This document shows, piece by piece, positions 35,074 through 45,150 of a stretch of 64,000 bases of DNA. This DNA is from Gemmatimonadota bacterium (lineage in GTDB: Bacteria > Gemmatimonadota > Gemmatimonadetes > Gemmatimonadales > GWC2-71-9). Under the pieces are notes generated by a model, which had not been told where the DNA came from, did no database searches, and worked only from the letters and a program-made list of their open reading frames with translations. Location of the stretch: the NCBI GenBank assembly GCA_046728135.1, contig JBKPDZ010000016.1, positions 6,822 to 70,821 on the forward strand, written 5' to 3'. The position numbers and the translations under genes are program-made. Each line of letters begins with the position of its first letter. Within the stretch, counting starts at the first letter, position 1.

Positions 35074-36366
35074 CTATACCTCGATGATCTGATCCCGACG
35101 CGTCCCGACACTCACATATCGAACGGGTGCACCCGCCAGATCCTGCAGCCTGTCCACATACGCCCTAGCCGCCGGCGGAAGATCCGCAAGTCTCCGCACC
35201 TCCGTAAGCGGCTTCTGCCAGCCCGTCACCTTCTCGTAGATCGGTTCGACTCGCGCGATCGTCTCAACATCGGCCGGCATGCTGTCGATCACTTCTCCGT
35301 CCAGCCGATAGCCGACTCCGACCGGTATCTCCGCAAACGTGTCCAGGACATCCAGCTTCGTGACCGCGAGGCCCGTAAGTCCATTCACCCGAACAGCATA
35401 CCTGACCACGACCGCATCGAACCAGCCGCACCGCCTGGGCCTCCCTGTGGTGGCCCCAAACTCCCCTCCGAGTTCTCGAATCCGTCCGGCGACGGCTGGC
35501 TCGGCCTCCGTCGGCAGCGGTCCATTGCCGACTCGCGTCGTGTACGCCTTCACGACGCCGAGCACGGCATCGATCGCGGTCGGTCCGATGCCGACGCCGA
35601 CCGCGGCACCGCCGGCGGTCGTGTTGGACGACGTGACATAGGGATAGGTGCCATGATCGACGTCGAGCAGTGCCCCCTGGGCCCCCTCGAGCAGCACCGA
35701 TTCGCCGCGTTGCAAGGCCTCCCAGACCACGCGGCCCGCGTCCACGGCGAGCGGCAACAGCCGTGGGGCGAGACGCTCGAGGAGATGGACGTGCTCCTCT
35801 GCACTCGCCCGCTCGCCGCCCCCTGCCCCTGCCCCCAGCATTGCTAGCATCTGGTTCGCCGCATCCACGCGTGCTCGTACGACTTCCTGCGCTCGGGTGA
35901 GGTTGCGGAGATCGCCGACGCGGACGCCGCGCCGGCCGTACTTGTCTTCGTAGGTCGGGCCGATCCCCCGCCCCGTGGTGCCGATCTGCTCGCGTTTTTC
36001 CCGCGCCCGATCCAGCAGTTTGTGATACGGCAGCGTCAAATGCGCGCGATCAGAGATGTGCAGCTTGTGCTCCGTGCGCACGCCTCGCCGCTCGAGCGCG
36101 TCGAGCTCGGCGAACATCTGCTCGGGGTCGAGCACCACGCCGTTGCCGACCACGCACACCGCGCCCTGGAGGATTCCCGATGGGATCTGGTGCAGGACGA
36201 ACGACTTCCCCTCGCCCGTGTCCACCGTGTGGCCGGCGTTGGCGCCGCCCTGGTAGCGCACCACGAGATCCGCGCGCTCGGCGAGGACGTCGACGATCTT
36301 GCCTTTGCCCTCATCGCCCCATTGGGCGCCTACCACGACAACACACTGCGTCTTGGGTCCGAACAC
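35074..36366 (-). CDS. purA: adenylosuccinate synthetase
   Basis: VVVVGAQWGDEGKGKIVDVL...YQGGANAGHTV. The start is set at in-frame GTG 36366, preceded by GGGGAGAA. The longer ORF-track N-terminus runs through an upstream terminator hairpin. Confidence 0.95.
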   Translation of the reverse strand: MFGPKTQCVVVVGAQWGDEGKGKIVDVLAERADLVVRYQGGANAGHTVDTGEGKSFVLHQIPSGILQGAVCVVGNGVVLDPEQMFAELDALERRGVRTEHKLHISDRAHLTLPYHKLLDRAREKREQIGTTGRGIGPTYEDKYGRRGVRVGDLRNLTRAQEVVRARVDAANQMLAMLGAGAGGGERASAEEHVHLLERLAPRLLPLAVDAGRVVWEALQRGESVLLEGAQGALLDVDHGTYPYVTSSNTTAGGAAVGVGIGPTAIDAVLGVVKAYTTRVGNGPLPTEAEPAVAGRIRELGGEFGATTGRPRRCGWFDAVVVRYAVRVNGLTGLAVTKLDVLDTFAEIPVGVGYRLDGEVIDSMPADVETIARVEPIYEKVTGWQKPLTEVRRLADLPPAARAYVDRLQDLAGAPVRYVSVGTRRDQIIEV

Positions 36367-36385
36367 GCGCGATTCTCCCCATGGC

Positions 36386-36412
36386 AACAAAAAAGCCCCC
36401 GCCGGTGGGGGC
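36386..36412 (-). terminator. intrinsic terminator after the M28 peptidase gene
   Basis: Minus strand reads GCCCCC-ACCGGC-GGGGGC followed by TTTTTTGTT. Confidence 0.75.
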
Positions 36413-36452
36413 CCAAGTACCGGGGCCATGCCCCGGTATCCTCTGTGGGAAG

Positions 36453-37349
36453 CTATCCAGCGCGCAGGACGCGCGCCAGCCCCGCGGCAACGTGCGCCGC
36501 GCCATCGAGCCGCAGCCGCGCCGTCGAGTCCTGGGGCCGGTGCACCACTCGCATCGTGCGCCAGTTGCCCTTCATGATCGTGACACACTCCCTGGCAACA
36601 CGGCCCAGTGCCATGCCGTCCACGATGACGGGCAACCAGCGCCAGCTCCGCGCGTTCACGGCCTGGGCGAGCGCGACACCGAGGCGCCCAGGGCGATGCA
36701 CGAACGCGGTGGCTCGACCGCTGTCGTCGAGGCTGTCGAGGTTGATGACGCTGGATTGGGCGAACAGGTCGCCCCGCTCAACGGCCAGCGCACGTGCTCC
36801 CACGAGGCCGTACTCCTCCGCATCCGGAAAAATGACGCCGACCCGCGCTCGAGCGGCCAGCTGATCGATGGCCATAAAGATCGCGACGAGGGCACTCGCG
36901 TTATCGAGCGCGCCCGGCGAGTTGTCGTTCACCCGATTGAGCAGTGCGATGCCTGTTCCTGCGGCGAGCAACGCGAGTCCGAGCAGCGGCGCAAGCAGGA
37001 CCAGCAGCAATCCGACCAGTAGGGCGGCAAATCCCAGTAGCCGCAGCGCCATCGAGATTGGCTGACCCTTGGAATCGTAGTGTGCGACCAACCAGACGGG
37101 CGGTTGGGTGGTGGGGCGGTCGGGCGGTCGGCATGCGATGAGATTGGTCCCGCTGACAACACGTGGTGCGCCGAAAAGCGCACGCGCCGGCCGGCCACTG
37201 AAGACGTGCTGCTCCACAGTGAATCCGCGCGCGATCAGCTCGCGCTGCAGGATCTCACGAACTCGTTGATGATTGGGTGTGCCCACGAGCCGCGGAATTG
37301 CCAGCTCGCGGAACAGCACGGCGTAGTCAGTCACCGCGTACGAGCGCAC
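36453..37349 (-). CDS. M28-family metallopeptidase-like membrane protein
   Basis: WLVAHYDSKG, NSPGALDNASALV, and FPDAEEYGLVGA motifs with an inserted hydrophobic segment. GTG start. Confidence 0.65.
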   Translation of the reverse strand: MRSYAVTDYAVLFRELAIPRLVGTPNHQRVREILQRELIARGFTVEQHVFSGRPARALFGAPRVVSGTNLIACRPPDRPTTQPPVWLVAHYDSKGQPISMALRLLGFAALLVGLLLVLLAPLLGLALLAAGTGIALLNRVNDNSPGALDNASALVAIFMAIDQLAARARVGVIFPDAEEYGLVGARALAVERGDLFAQSSVINLDSLDDSGRATAFVHRPGRLGVALAQAVNARSWRWLPVIVDGMALGRVARECVTIMKGNWRTMRVVHRPQDSTARLRLDGAAHVAAGLARVLRAG

Positions 37350-38217
37350 TCACGCGCTCGCGATCCTTGTCGGACACCGGCGCGAGGGGCGCGCGCACCG
37401 GACCACCGTACAATCCCACCGCATCCATGGCGGCTTTGACGCCCGCCGGACCCAGCTTGCCGACGATTTCCTTGTCGAGCGGCGTAATGCGCTCCTGCAG
37501 CGCGCCCGCAGCGGCCCGATTCCCGCGCTCGAACTCGCGCAGGAGCTGCACGCACAACCCCGGTGCATAGCACGCCACGCCCACGATCCCGCCCTGACAT
37601 CCCAGCTCCAACGCCGTGAACAGCAATGACGCGCCACCCACCACGATGGTCCATTGCGGTACCGCTGCGCGGTAGGCCGCGACATTCTTGGCATCGCCCG
37701 ATGAATCTTTGACGCCGATGATGCGCTCGTGCCCGGCGAGCTGCTGCAACAAGCCGGGCGCCAGTGTTATGTGCGTGTACTTGGGAATGTTGTAGATCAG
37801 CACGGGCACCGGGCTCGCATCCGCGACGGCGCGAAAGTGCGTGACGAGCGTCGCGGGGCTCGTGGCCGCCGAGAAGTACGACGGCGGGCGCACCAACACG
37901 GCGTCGGCACCCGCCGCGGCCGCCGCGCACGACAACGCGATCGTCTCGCGCGTCGATTCGCCGCCCGTGCCCGCGATCAACCACGCTCCGTCCGTCATGG
38001 CGTCACGCGCGAGCTCCACGAGCCGGCGCTGCTCGTCGGCATCGAGCAATGCGGCCTCCCCCGTGGAGCCGGCAACGACGATTCCACTGACTCCCGCCGC
38101 CAGGAGGCGCTCGATGTTCTGCCGGAAGGGCAGCGCGGCGATTTCGCCCGTCGCGCGGTCGAACGGAGTGGTAATCGGCGGGAAGATTCCCGCTGGCGCG
38201 TCGCTCCGCGCGCTCAT
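37327..38217 (-). CDS. dihydrodipicolinate synthase/N-acetylneuraminate lyase-family class I aldolase
   Basis: GIFPPITTPF..., GIVVAGSTGEAALL, and IYNIPKYT motifs. The exact substrate cannot be told from the sequence. Confidence 0.8.
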   Translation of the reverse strand: MSARSDAPAGIFPPITTPFDRATGEIAALPFRQNIERLLAAGVSGIVVAGSTGEAALLDADEQRRLVELARDAMTDGAWLIAGTGGESTRETIALSCAAAAAGADAVLVRPPSYFSAATSPATLVTHFRAVADASPVPVLIYNIPKYTHITLAPGLLQQLAGHERIIGVKDSSGDAKNVAAYRAAVPQWTIVVGGASLLFTALELGCQGGIVGVACYAPGLCVQLLREFERGNRAAAGALQERITPLDKEIVGKLGPAGVKAAMDAVGLYGGPVRAPLAPVSDKDRERVSALVRGD

Positions 38218-39374
38218 TTCGGCAGCATGCTCGAAAGATCGTCCGTGAATCCCGCCGGCTTCGTGTCGGGGGCTGCGGTCGGCTGGGTCGGCGGGACCAC
38301 CCGGGACCGCCGCCGTAGGGTTCGGACCTGCAGCTGGAAATCGGACGGATTGGACGACGCCGCCAGCGCGGTCTCGTAGGTCACGATGTCGTCAGCCACC
38401 AAGTCCATCAGGTGCTGATCGAAGGTCTGCATGCCGTACTGCTCGCGCGACTCTTTGAGGTAGTCGTGCAGCGACGGCGTGCGTTTCTTCTCGCGGATCA
38501 TGTCACGCGCCGTGCCGGTCGCCAGCAGCACCTCGAGCGCGGCCGCGCGGCCACGGCCATCCGCGCGCGGCAACAGCCGCTGCGAGACGACGGCATGCAG
38601 TGCCTCCGAAAAACGCAACCGTGCAATCTCCTGCTCTTCGGGCGGAAACATGGAAACGATGCGGTTCACGGTCGTGACCGCGTCGGGCGTATGGAGCGTC
38701 GACACGAGTAAATGCCCCGTCTCTGCCGCCTTCATCGCCGTGTCGATCGTCTCGGCATCCCGCATCTCACCGATCAAGATCACATCGGGATCCTGGCGCA
38801 GCGCCGCCCGCAGCCCGGTGCGGAAGTCGTCGGTGTCCACGCCGATTTCGCGCTGCGTCACGGAGCAGTTGATATCGCGGTGCAGGAACTCGATCGGGTT
38901 CTCGAGCGTGAGGATGTGACGATGCTGGTTCTGGTTGATGTGATTGATGATCGCCGCCATGGTCGAGCTCTTGCCCGAGCCGGTCACGCCTGTGACCAGG
39001 ATCATTCCCCGCTCGGCCGTGGCGACTTGCGCCAGCACTCCAGGCAGCTTGAGCGATTCGAATGTCGGGACGTCGAAGGGGATGACGCGCATCACGATCA
39101 TGAAGGACGAGCGCTGCCGCAGGATGTTCACGCGGAAGCGGCCGATGCCGGGCATGCCCCACGAGCAATCGTAATCGCGGAGCTTATCGATGCGCCCGCG
39201 ATCCTCGTCGTTGGCGATCAGACGCTGCGCGATCGCTTTGGTCTGGTCCGGCGTCAGGCGCTGCTTGGTGAGTGGGACGAGCTTCCCGTCGATGCGAGCA
39301 CGGAAGACGTCACCCGCCTTGATGTGCAGGTCGGACGCCCCGCGGTCCACCGCAGCCTTGATGATCTTTTCCAT
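38214..39374 (-). CDS. pilT: type IV pilus retraction ATPase PilT-like, with ~40-aa C-terminal tail
   Basis: ASDLHIKAG, Walker A GVTGSGKSST, ILTLENPIEF, and ALRQDPDVILIGEMRD. Confidence 0.85.
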   Translation of the reverse strand: MEKIIKAAVDRGASDLHIKAGDVFRARIDGKLVPLTKQRLTPDQTKAIAQRLIANDEDRGRIDKLRDYDCSWGMPGIGRFRVNILRQRSSFMIVMRVIPFDVPTFESLKLPGVLAQVATAERGMILVTGVTGSGKSSTMAAIINHINQNQHRHILTLENPIEFLHRDINCSVTQREIGVDTDDFRTGLRAALRQDPDVILIGEMRDAETIDTAMKAAETGHLLVSTLHTPDAVTTVNRIVSMFPPEEQEIARLRFSEALHAVVSQRLLPRADGRGRAAALEVLLATGTARDMIREKKRTPSLHDYLKESREQYGMQTFDQHLMDLVADDIVTYETALAASSNPSDFQLQVRTLRRRSRVVPPTQPTAAPDTKPAGFTDDLSSMLPK

Positions 39375-40421
39375 TCAGTACCCGGCTTCCAGGTCGACGA
39401 CGTTCGTGAGGGGAGCGCCTGCAAGATAGCGACGGATGTTCCCCACAATGAGGGCCGTTTCCCGCTCCCAGAAGCCCTCCCCCGCCGTGACCGCGCTCAC
39501 GTGCGGGCTCACGAGCACGCGCGCATGCCGCCAAAAGGGGTGCTCGGCGGGCAGGGGCTCCGTGTCGAACACGTCGAGCGCCGCCCCGCGCAGCCGGCGC
39601 AGCTCGAGCAGCTCGAGCAGCGCCGTCTCATCGAGCAGCGAGCCCCGCGAGACATTGACGACGAGCGCGTGGAGCGGGAGCCGCTCGAGCACCGAGCGGT
39701 CGACCGCTCCCGCCGTTTCCGCCGTGTGCGGCGCCGCGATGACGAACACGTCACTCCGGGCGGCCAGGCGCGGCAAGTCCGTGAGCCCCCCGACCCCGTC
39801 CACGCCCGGTGGCCCGCCGCGCTCCGGATGCCGCCGCACGCCCGCGACGGACATGCCGAGGGCAAGCGCGCGCCGGGCGACGGCAGTGCCGATCCCGCCG
39901 AGCCCGACGATCCCCACTCGCAGCTCGCGGAGCTCGCGCATCGGGATCGCGCCCTCCTCGCCCCCCCCATCGGTGAAGTCCACTTTGGCCCACCGGCCTT
40001 GTCGTTGCGCGGCGACCATGCGGTCGAGACCGCGCGCGAAATACCCGATGGCGGCGATGACCCAGTCGGCGATGGGGTCGGCGTGGATACCGGCGGAGTT
40101 CGTGAGCACCACGCCGCTACCGGCCAGGTGCGCGAGACTCGAACCGACGCCGGCGGTAGCGGTGTGCGCCCAGCGGAGTGTGCCCCGGCCGACGGCGACG
40201 ACGCCCGACGGCACGCCGTAGCCGAGATAGATCTCGGCGCCGCGCGCCGCGGCGATCGCTTCAGGGGACCCCGATCCGCCATCGCCATCCGACACGGCGG
40301 GCGCTTTGACTTCCGCGACGTCCCACCCCTGCCCCAGCGCATCGATGATTTCGACCACGCGGGCGTGTGGAATGCACCAAACGGCGCGCGGTGAGGCGAG
40401 ATCGATGACGAGGTGTCTCAC
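39375..40421 (-). CDS. D-isomer-specific 2-hydroxyacid dehydrogenase-family protein
   Basis: VGIVGLGGIGTAVARRALALGMSV NAD fold, ...NVSRGSLLDE..., ...DVFDTEPLP... Confidence 0.8.
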   Translation of the reverse strand: MRHLVIDLASPRAVWCIPHARVVEIIDALGQGWDVAEVKAPAVSDGDGGSGSPEAIAAARGAEIYLGYGVPSGVVAVGRGTLRWAHTATAGVGSSLAHLAGSGVVLTNSAGIHADPIADWVIAAIGYFARGLDRMVAAQRQGRWAKVDFTDGGGEEGAIPMRELRELRVGIVGLGGIGTAVARRALALGMSVAGVRRHPERGGPPGVDGVGGLTDLPRLAARSDVFVIAAPHTAETAGAVDRSVLERLPLHALVVNVSRGSLLDETALLELLELRRLRGAALDVFDTEPLPAEHPFWRHARVLVSPHVSAVTAGEGFWERETALIVGNIRRYLAGAPLTNVVDLEAGY

Positions 40422-41110
40422 TCTCCCGTCGACACTGTACGGACGTGGTTATGGTGCAGCAGTGTGATGACGGCCTGATCGTACAGCCGCTTCGAACCCC
40501 GGAGCTCGAACTCGATCACCAGATCCACATTCTCCTGTCGATTCGACACCGTCAGCACGTCGAGCCCGCTGCGGCGCATCAGCGTTTCCAGGTCTTCCAG
40601 CACCGTGGGCCCGGCGTGCGCGTGGACCGTGATCGTCGATCGCATCGAGTGACTCTGCACCAGCTTCTCGACCCGTCCCAAGCCGGCGAGGACGAGGATG
40701 ACGGCGAGGGTCGTGCCCACGCCTTCGAGGTAATACCCACTGCCCAGCGCGATACCGATCGCCGCGACGACCCAGATCGTGGCGGCGCTCGTCAAGCCCA
40801 CGACGGCGCCGCGCGCGTGCAGAATTGTCCCGGCGCCGATGAAACCGACACCCGTGACGATTTGCGCGGCCACGCGTGTCGTGTCCGTCCCGGCAGGAAT
40901 CACTCCCGTGCTGGCCGTCAGCATCGCAAGCGAGAGATGCGTGTACAACACGGACCCAATGCAGATCAGGATGTTGGTGCGGAGTCCTGCCGGCTTACCG
41001 CCCAGCTCGCGCTCCAGACCGATGGCGCCGCCCAGCAGCGTCGCGAGGCCGAGCTGCAGCATGAGGTCGAGACGAAAGATCTCGACCATCCGGGTGAGCG
41101 CTTCACGCAT
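40418..41110 (-). CDS. mgtC: MgtC/SapB-family membrane protein
   Basis: LGLATLLGGAIGLERELGGKPAGLRTNILICIGS. The start is ambiguous between ATG 41110 and ATG 41089. Confidence 0.8.
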   Translation of the reverse strand: MREALTRMVEIFRLDLMLQLGLATLLGGAIGLERELGGKPAGLRTNILICIGSVLYTHLSLAMLTASTGVIPAGTDTTRVAAQIVTGVGFIGAGTILHARGAVVGLTSAATIWVVAAIGIALGSGYYLEGVGTTLAVILVLAGLGRVEKLVQSHSMRSTITVHAHAGPTVLEDLETLMRRSGLDVLTVSNRQENVDLVIEFELRGSKRLYDQAVITLLHHNHVRTVSTGE

Positions 41111-42095
41111 GCAGGAATCCCATCTTGGCGCGCACCTCCCCCATCGTGCGTTGCGCGAGCTGCCGAGCTTTTTCGGCTCCGGCACGAAGCCATGCCATCA
41201 CTCTTGCCGGATTCTGCTGGAAACTTTCCGCGCGCTCACGTATCGGCGCGAGCGTCTTGATCATATTGTCGGCCAGGACGCGCTTGCAGTCGAGGCAGCC
41301 CCAACCCGCGGTACGACATTTGTGCGCGACGTCGTTCACCGTCTCCGGCGGTGAAAACCCCTGATGCAGCGTGTAAATGTTGCAGATCTCGGGCGTCCCG
41401 GGATCCTTGCGCGTCTTGCGGGCCGGATCGGTTACGGCGGGCTTGAGCTTCTCCCAGATCGATTCGGGAGACTCAAACAACCCGATGGTGTTTCCCAAGC
41501 TCTTGGACATCTTGGCTTTGCCGTCGAGTCCCAGCACGCGCTTCGTTTTCGTCAAGAGCGGCTGGGGTTCGGGGAAAAACCCATCGGCATACCGCGCGTT
41601 CCAGCGGCGCGCGATCTCGCGCATCAGCTCGAGATGCTGGACCTGATCCTCACCGACCGGAACGAGGCTAGCTTTATAGAGCAATACGTCAGCGGCCTGC
41701 AGCACGGGGTAATTGAGCAAGCCGGCTGAAACGCTCTCCTGCCGCTGCGACTTGTCCTTGAATTGGGTCTGACGCTCCAGCTCGCCGAGCGGGGCGACCC
41801 CGTTCGCGTTGAGCAGCCAGTTCAGCTCGCTGTGCTCCGCGACGTGCGACTGGACGAAGACAATGCACTGGTCCGCGTCCAGGCCGGCGGCGAATAAACT
41901 CCGCGCCATGTCGAGCGTGCGCTGCGGTAGCTCGGCCGGCTCGTAGGGCTGCGTGATGGCGTGCAGGTCGACGACGCAGAACAGACAGTCGTACTCCGTT
42001 TGCAGGCGCACCCAATTCTGCACCGCGCCGAGGTAATTGCCGATGTGGAGCTCGCCGGAGGGCTGGATGCCGCTGAATACGCGTCGGGAAGTCAC
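41103..42095 (-). CDS. trpS: tryptophan--tRNA ligase
   Basis: VFSGIQPSGELHIGNYLGA (HIGH) and KMSKSLGN (KMSKS). Confidence 0.95.
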   Translation of the reverse strand: MTSRRVFSGIQPSGELHIGNYLGAVQNWVRLQTEYDCLFCVVDLHAITQPYEPAELPQRTLDMARSLFAAGLDADQCIVFVQSHVAEHSELNWLLNANGVAPLGELERQTQFKDKSQRQESVSAGLLNYPVLQAADVLLYKASLVPVGEDQVQHLELMREIARRWNARYADGFFPEPQPLLTKTKRVLGLDGKAKMSKSLGNTIGLFESPESIWEKLKPAVTDPARKTRKDPGTPEICNIYTLHQGFSPPETVNDVAHKCRTAGWGCLDCKRVLADNMIKTLAPIRERAESFQQNPARVMAWLRAGAEKARQLAQRTMGEVRAKMGFLHA

Positions 42096-42106
42096 GGGGC
42101 AGCAAG

Positions 42107-42904
42107 GTGCGTGATTACAACGACTTAGTCAAGCTCGCCGAGCGGGCCGCGCTGCGCGCCGCCGACTATTTGCGCACGGCCGGGCGACCCGCCGTGCATA
42201 TGTGGACGGAAAAATCACAGCACGACTTTGTGACCGAGGTGGATCGGGCGGCCGAGGGATTGATTGCCGACACGATTACGCAGGAGGCTCCCGAGTCCGT
42301 CATCGTCGGGGAGGAGCTGTCGCCCAAGCGCAGCGCGCGCGGGGAGCTCGTCTGGATCGTCGACCCACTGGATGGGACGACGAACTTCCTGCACGGCTAC
42401 CCCCAGTACGCCGTGAGCATCGGCTGCGTCGCGGATGGCAAGCTGGCCGCGGGAGTCATCCATGACGTGAATCGCCACCGCACGTACCGAGCGATCCGCG
42501 GCGGCGGCGCGTTCGAAGAAGACACGCGCCTGAGCGTCTCGGCCGTGACAGAACCGCGTCGAGCGCTGATCGGCACGGGCTTCCCGTTCAAAGCGCTCAA
42601 CCAATTGCACGTGTATCTCGCGCAATTTGCCGCCGTCATGGGTGCGGCGAGTGGCATTCGGCGCGCGGGCGCCGCCGCGCTCGACCTCGCCGACGTCGCC
42701 GCCGGCCGGCTCGACGGCTTTTGGGAGCTGCAGCTCGCGTCGTGGGACATGGCCGCGGGCGTCTTGCTCATCCGCGAGGCGGGCGGCATCGTGACGCGCT
42801 TCGATGGCGCGGCGGATGTGCTGAGTAGCGAGAGCGACGGCTCTGTCGTCGCGGGCAACGCCGCGATCCATAAGTGGCTCATCGATCTTCTGAGGAGAAG
42901 CTGA
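42107..42904 (+). CDS. suhB: inositol monophosphatase-family protein
   Basis: WIVDPLDGTTNFLHG and WDMAAG motifs. GTG start. Confidence 0.85.
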   Translation: MRDYNDLVKLAERAALRAADYLRTAGRPAVHMWTEKSQHDFVTEVDRAAEGLIADTITQEAPESVIVGEELSPKRSARGELVWIVDPLDGTTNFLHGYPQYAVSIGCVADGKLAAGVIHDVNRHRTYRAIRGGGAFEEDTRLSVSAVTEPRRALIGTGFPFKALNQLHVYLAQFAAVMGAASGIRRAGAAALDLADVAAGRLDGFWELQLASWDMAAGVLLIREAGGIVTRFDGAADVLSSESDGSVVAGNAAIHKWLIDLLRRS

Positions 42905-44355
42905 TGCCGGGGCAGCTCGTCGAGTGTGTACCAAATTTCTCCGAGGGCCGCGACTCCGTAACGATCGACGCGCTCCGCGCCGCGATTACTGCCGTGCCCG
43001 GCGTGCAACTGCTCGACGTGCAGACCGACGCGTCGCATCATCGCTCCGTGTTCACGTTCGCGGCGCCGCCGGCCGCGGCCGCGGAGGCCGCGTTCGCCGC
43101 GATGCGCGTCGCGACGGAGCGGATCGATCTGACCACACACAGCGGCGAGCATCCCCGGATGGGCGCGACGGACGTGGTGCCCTTCGTGCCGATCGACGGC
43201 GTGACGATGGAGGATTGCGTCGCCCTCGCGCGGCAGCTGGGCGAGCGCGTTGGTACGGAGCTCGGGATTCCGGTCTTCCTGTACGCCCGAGCCGCTACAC
43301 GCCCCGACCGGGTCCTGCTCCCCGAGGTCCGCAAGGGCGAATTCGAAGGCATGCGAGGCCGCATGCTGGAACCCGATTTCGGACCGAACCGCGTGCACGC
43401 GACGGCAGGTGCGACAGCGATCGGCGCGCGGCCGTTTCTCGTCGCCTACAACGTCTATCTGGACACTCAGGACGTGACGGTTGCCAAGGAGATCGCGAAA
43501 CAGATCCGCACCTCGAGCGGCGGCTTGCCCGGCGTGCAGGCGAGCGGCTTTATCGTCGACGGGCTCGCCCAGGTCTCCATGAATCTCCTGGATATCGACA
43601 TCACGTCGCCTGCCGTGGTGTTCAATGCCATCAGAGCCCGGGCGGAGAAGCGGGGCGTGGGCGTGCAGAAGAGCGAAATTGTGGGTCTCATTCCGCAGCG
43701 GGCGATCATCGGCGCCGCCGAAACGGCGCTGCGATTATCGAACGCCGCCAGTCATGTCCTGGAAACGAAGCTCCGCGCCGCCGCGCCGTCCGCGGACGCA
43801 CCTCCTCCCGTCGCGACCGCTACGCCTGCGCTCGACGCATGGATCGATGAGCTGGCGGGGGCGTCTCCGACGCCCGGCGGCGGGAGCGCCGCGGCGCTCG
43901 CCGGCACGCTCGCCGCGGCGCTCGTCGCGATGGTCGCACGGCTTACGGTTGGACGGAAGGCGTATGCCGCCGTCGATGCGCAAGCCCGCGATATCCTCGA
44001 CGAAGCCGAGCGGCTGCGCGCCGAGCTGCGCCGGCTGGTGGATGAAGACGCAGCGGCCTATGAAGGTGTCAGCCGGGCATACAAGATTCCGAAGCGCGAT
44101 CCGCAGCGCGCTCAGGCGATCGATAGTGCGCTGCTGGCGGCGGCGCGTCCTCCCGCTGAAGTCGTGAAGCTCGGGCGACGCGTGCTCGCGCTCGCGCAAA
44201 CCATCGAGCACATCGGCAACAAGAACGCCGTCAGCGACGCGCGTGTGGCCGGCATGTTGGCGAGAACCGCGATCGACGGGGCTACGGAGAACGTGAACGC
44301 GAACCTGGCGGGAATGTCGGAGCAGGCCAGAGCCAAACAGGCCGGTGCCGGGTGA
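42904..44355 (+). CDS. bifunctional glutamate formimidoyltransferase / formimidoyl-THF cyclodeaminase-like protein
   Basis: ORF trimmed to MPGQLVECVPNFSEGRD (formiminotransferase N-terminus). The C-terminal part PTPGGGSAAALAGTLAAALVAMVARLTVGRK is the cyclodeaminase helical domain. Confidence 0.85.
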   Translation: MPGQLVECVPNFSEGRDSVTIDALRAAITAVPGVQLLDVQTDASHHRSVFTFAAPPAAAAEAAFAAMRVATERIDLTTHSGEHPRMGATDVVPFVPIDGVTMEDCVALARQLGERVGTELGIPVFLYARAATRPDRVLLPEVRKGEFEGMRGRMLEPDFGPNRVHATAGATAIGARPFLVAYNVYLDTQDVTVAKEIAKQIRTSSGGLPGVQASGFIVDGLAQVSMNLLDIDITSPAVVFNAIRARAEKRGVGVQKSEIVGLIPQRAIIGAAETALRLSNAASHVLETKLRAAAPSADAPPPVATATPALDAWIDELAGASPTPGGGSAAALAGTLAAALVAMVARLTVGRKAYAAVDAQARDILDEAERLRAELRRLVDEDAAAYEGVSRAYKIPKRDPQRAQAIDSALLAAARPPAEVVKLGRRVLALAQTIEHIGNKNAVSDARVAGMLARTAIDGATENVNANLAGMSEQARAKQAGAG

Positions 44356-44363
44356 GGATTGGG

Positions 44364-44391
44364 GTAGGGGCGCAGCATGCTGCGCCCCTAC
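44364..44391. repeat. 28-bp perfect palindrome GTAGGGGCGCAGCATGCTGCGCCCCTAC (copy 1), in a convergent intergenic spacer
   Basis: Read directly. It lies between the FTCD-like stop (44355) and the map stop (44398) and is plausibly a bidirectional terminator hairpin. Confidence 0.9.
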
Positions 44392-44397
44392 CCACGT

Positions 44398-45150
44398 TCA
44401 GGTCGTCGTCAGAATTCTTGGCCCGTTTTCCGTCACCGCGACCGTGTGCTCGAAATGCGCCGACAGCGAGCCATCCTGTGTCACCACGGTCCACTTATCG
44501 TCCAGCGTTCTGATCCCCGCGCCGCCGATGTTGATCATCGGCTCGATCGCGATCGTCATGCCGGACACGAGCCGCGGCCCGCGCTTGGGTTTGCCGTAGT
44601 TCGGCACCTGCGGCTCCTCGTGAAACGACGCCCCGATGCCGTGGCCGACCAACTCGCGGACCACCGAGTACCCGGCCTGTTCCGCGACCTGCTGCACCGC
44701 GTGGCCGATGTCGCCGACGTGATTGCCGGCACGGGCCTGCGCCACGCCCGCCGCCAACGCCTCCCGCGTCACCGCCAGCAGCCGCGTCACCTCCGGTTTC
44801 ACGTCCCCGACGGGGAATGTCGCGGCGGAATCGGCATGCAGCCCTTCGAGCCATACGCCAACGTCGATGCTCACGATGTCGCCGTCGTGCAGCACGCGCT
44901 TGTGCGACGGGATACCGTGCACGATCTCCTGGTTGATCGAGGTGCAGAGCGTCGCGGGAAAATCGTACAGCCCCTTGAACGACGGCTGCGCCCCGGGATG
45001 GCTGCGAATGAACGACTCGGCGAGCTGATCGAGCTCTTCGGTAGTGATGTCGGGCCGGACATTCCGCCCCACCAGCGCCAGCGTCTCGGCGACGATGCGG
45101 CCAGCGGCGGCCATCATCTCGATTTCGCGCGGCGACTTGATCGTGATCAT
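44398..45150 (-). CDS. map: type I methionine aminopeptidase
   Basis: MITIKSPREIEMMAAAGRIVAE..., SIDVGV..., HGIG..., and FEHTV metal-ligand pattern. Confidence 0.95.
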   Translation of the reverse strand: MITIKSPREIEMMAAAGRIVAETLALVGRNVRPDITTEELDQLAESFIRSHPGAQPSFKGLYDFPATLCTSINQEIVHGIPSHKRVLHDGDIVSIDVGVWLEGLHADSAATFPVGDVKPEVTRLLAVTREALAAGVAQARAGNHVGDIGHAVQQVAEQAGYSVVRELVGHGIGASFHEEPQVPNYGKPKRGPRLVSGMTIAIEPMINIGGAGIRTLDDKWTVVTQDGSLSAHFEHTVAVTENGPRILTTT

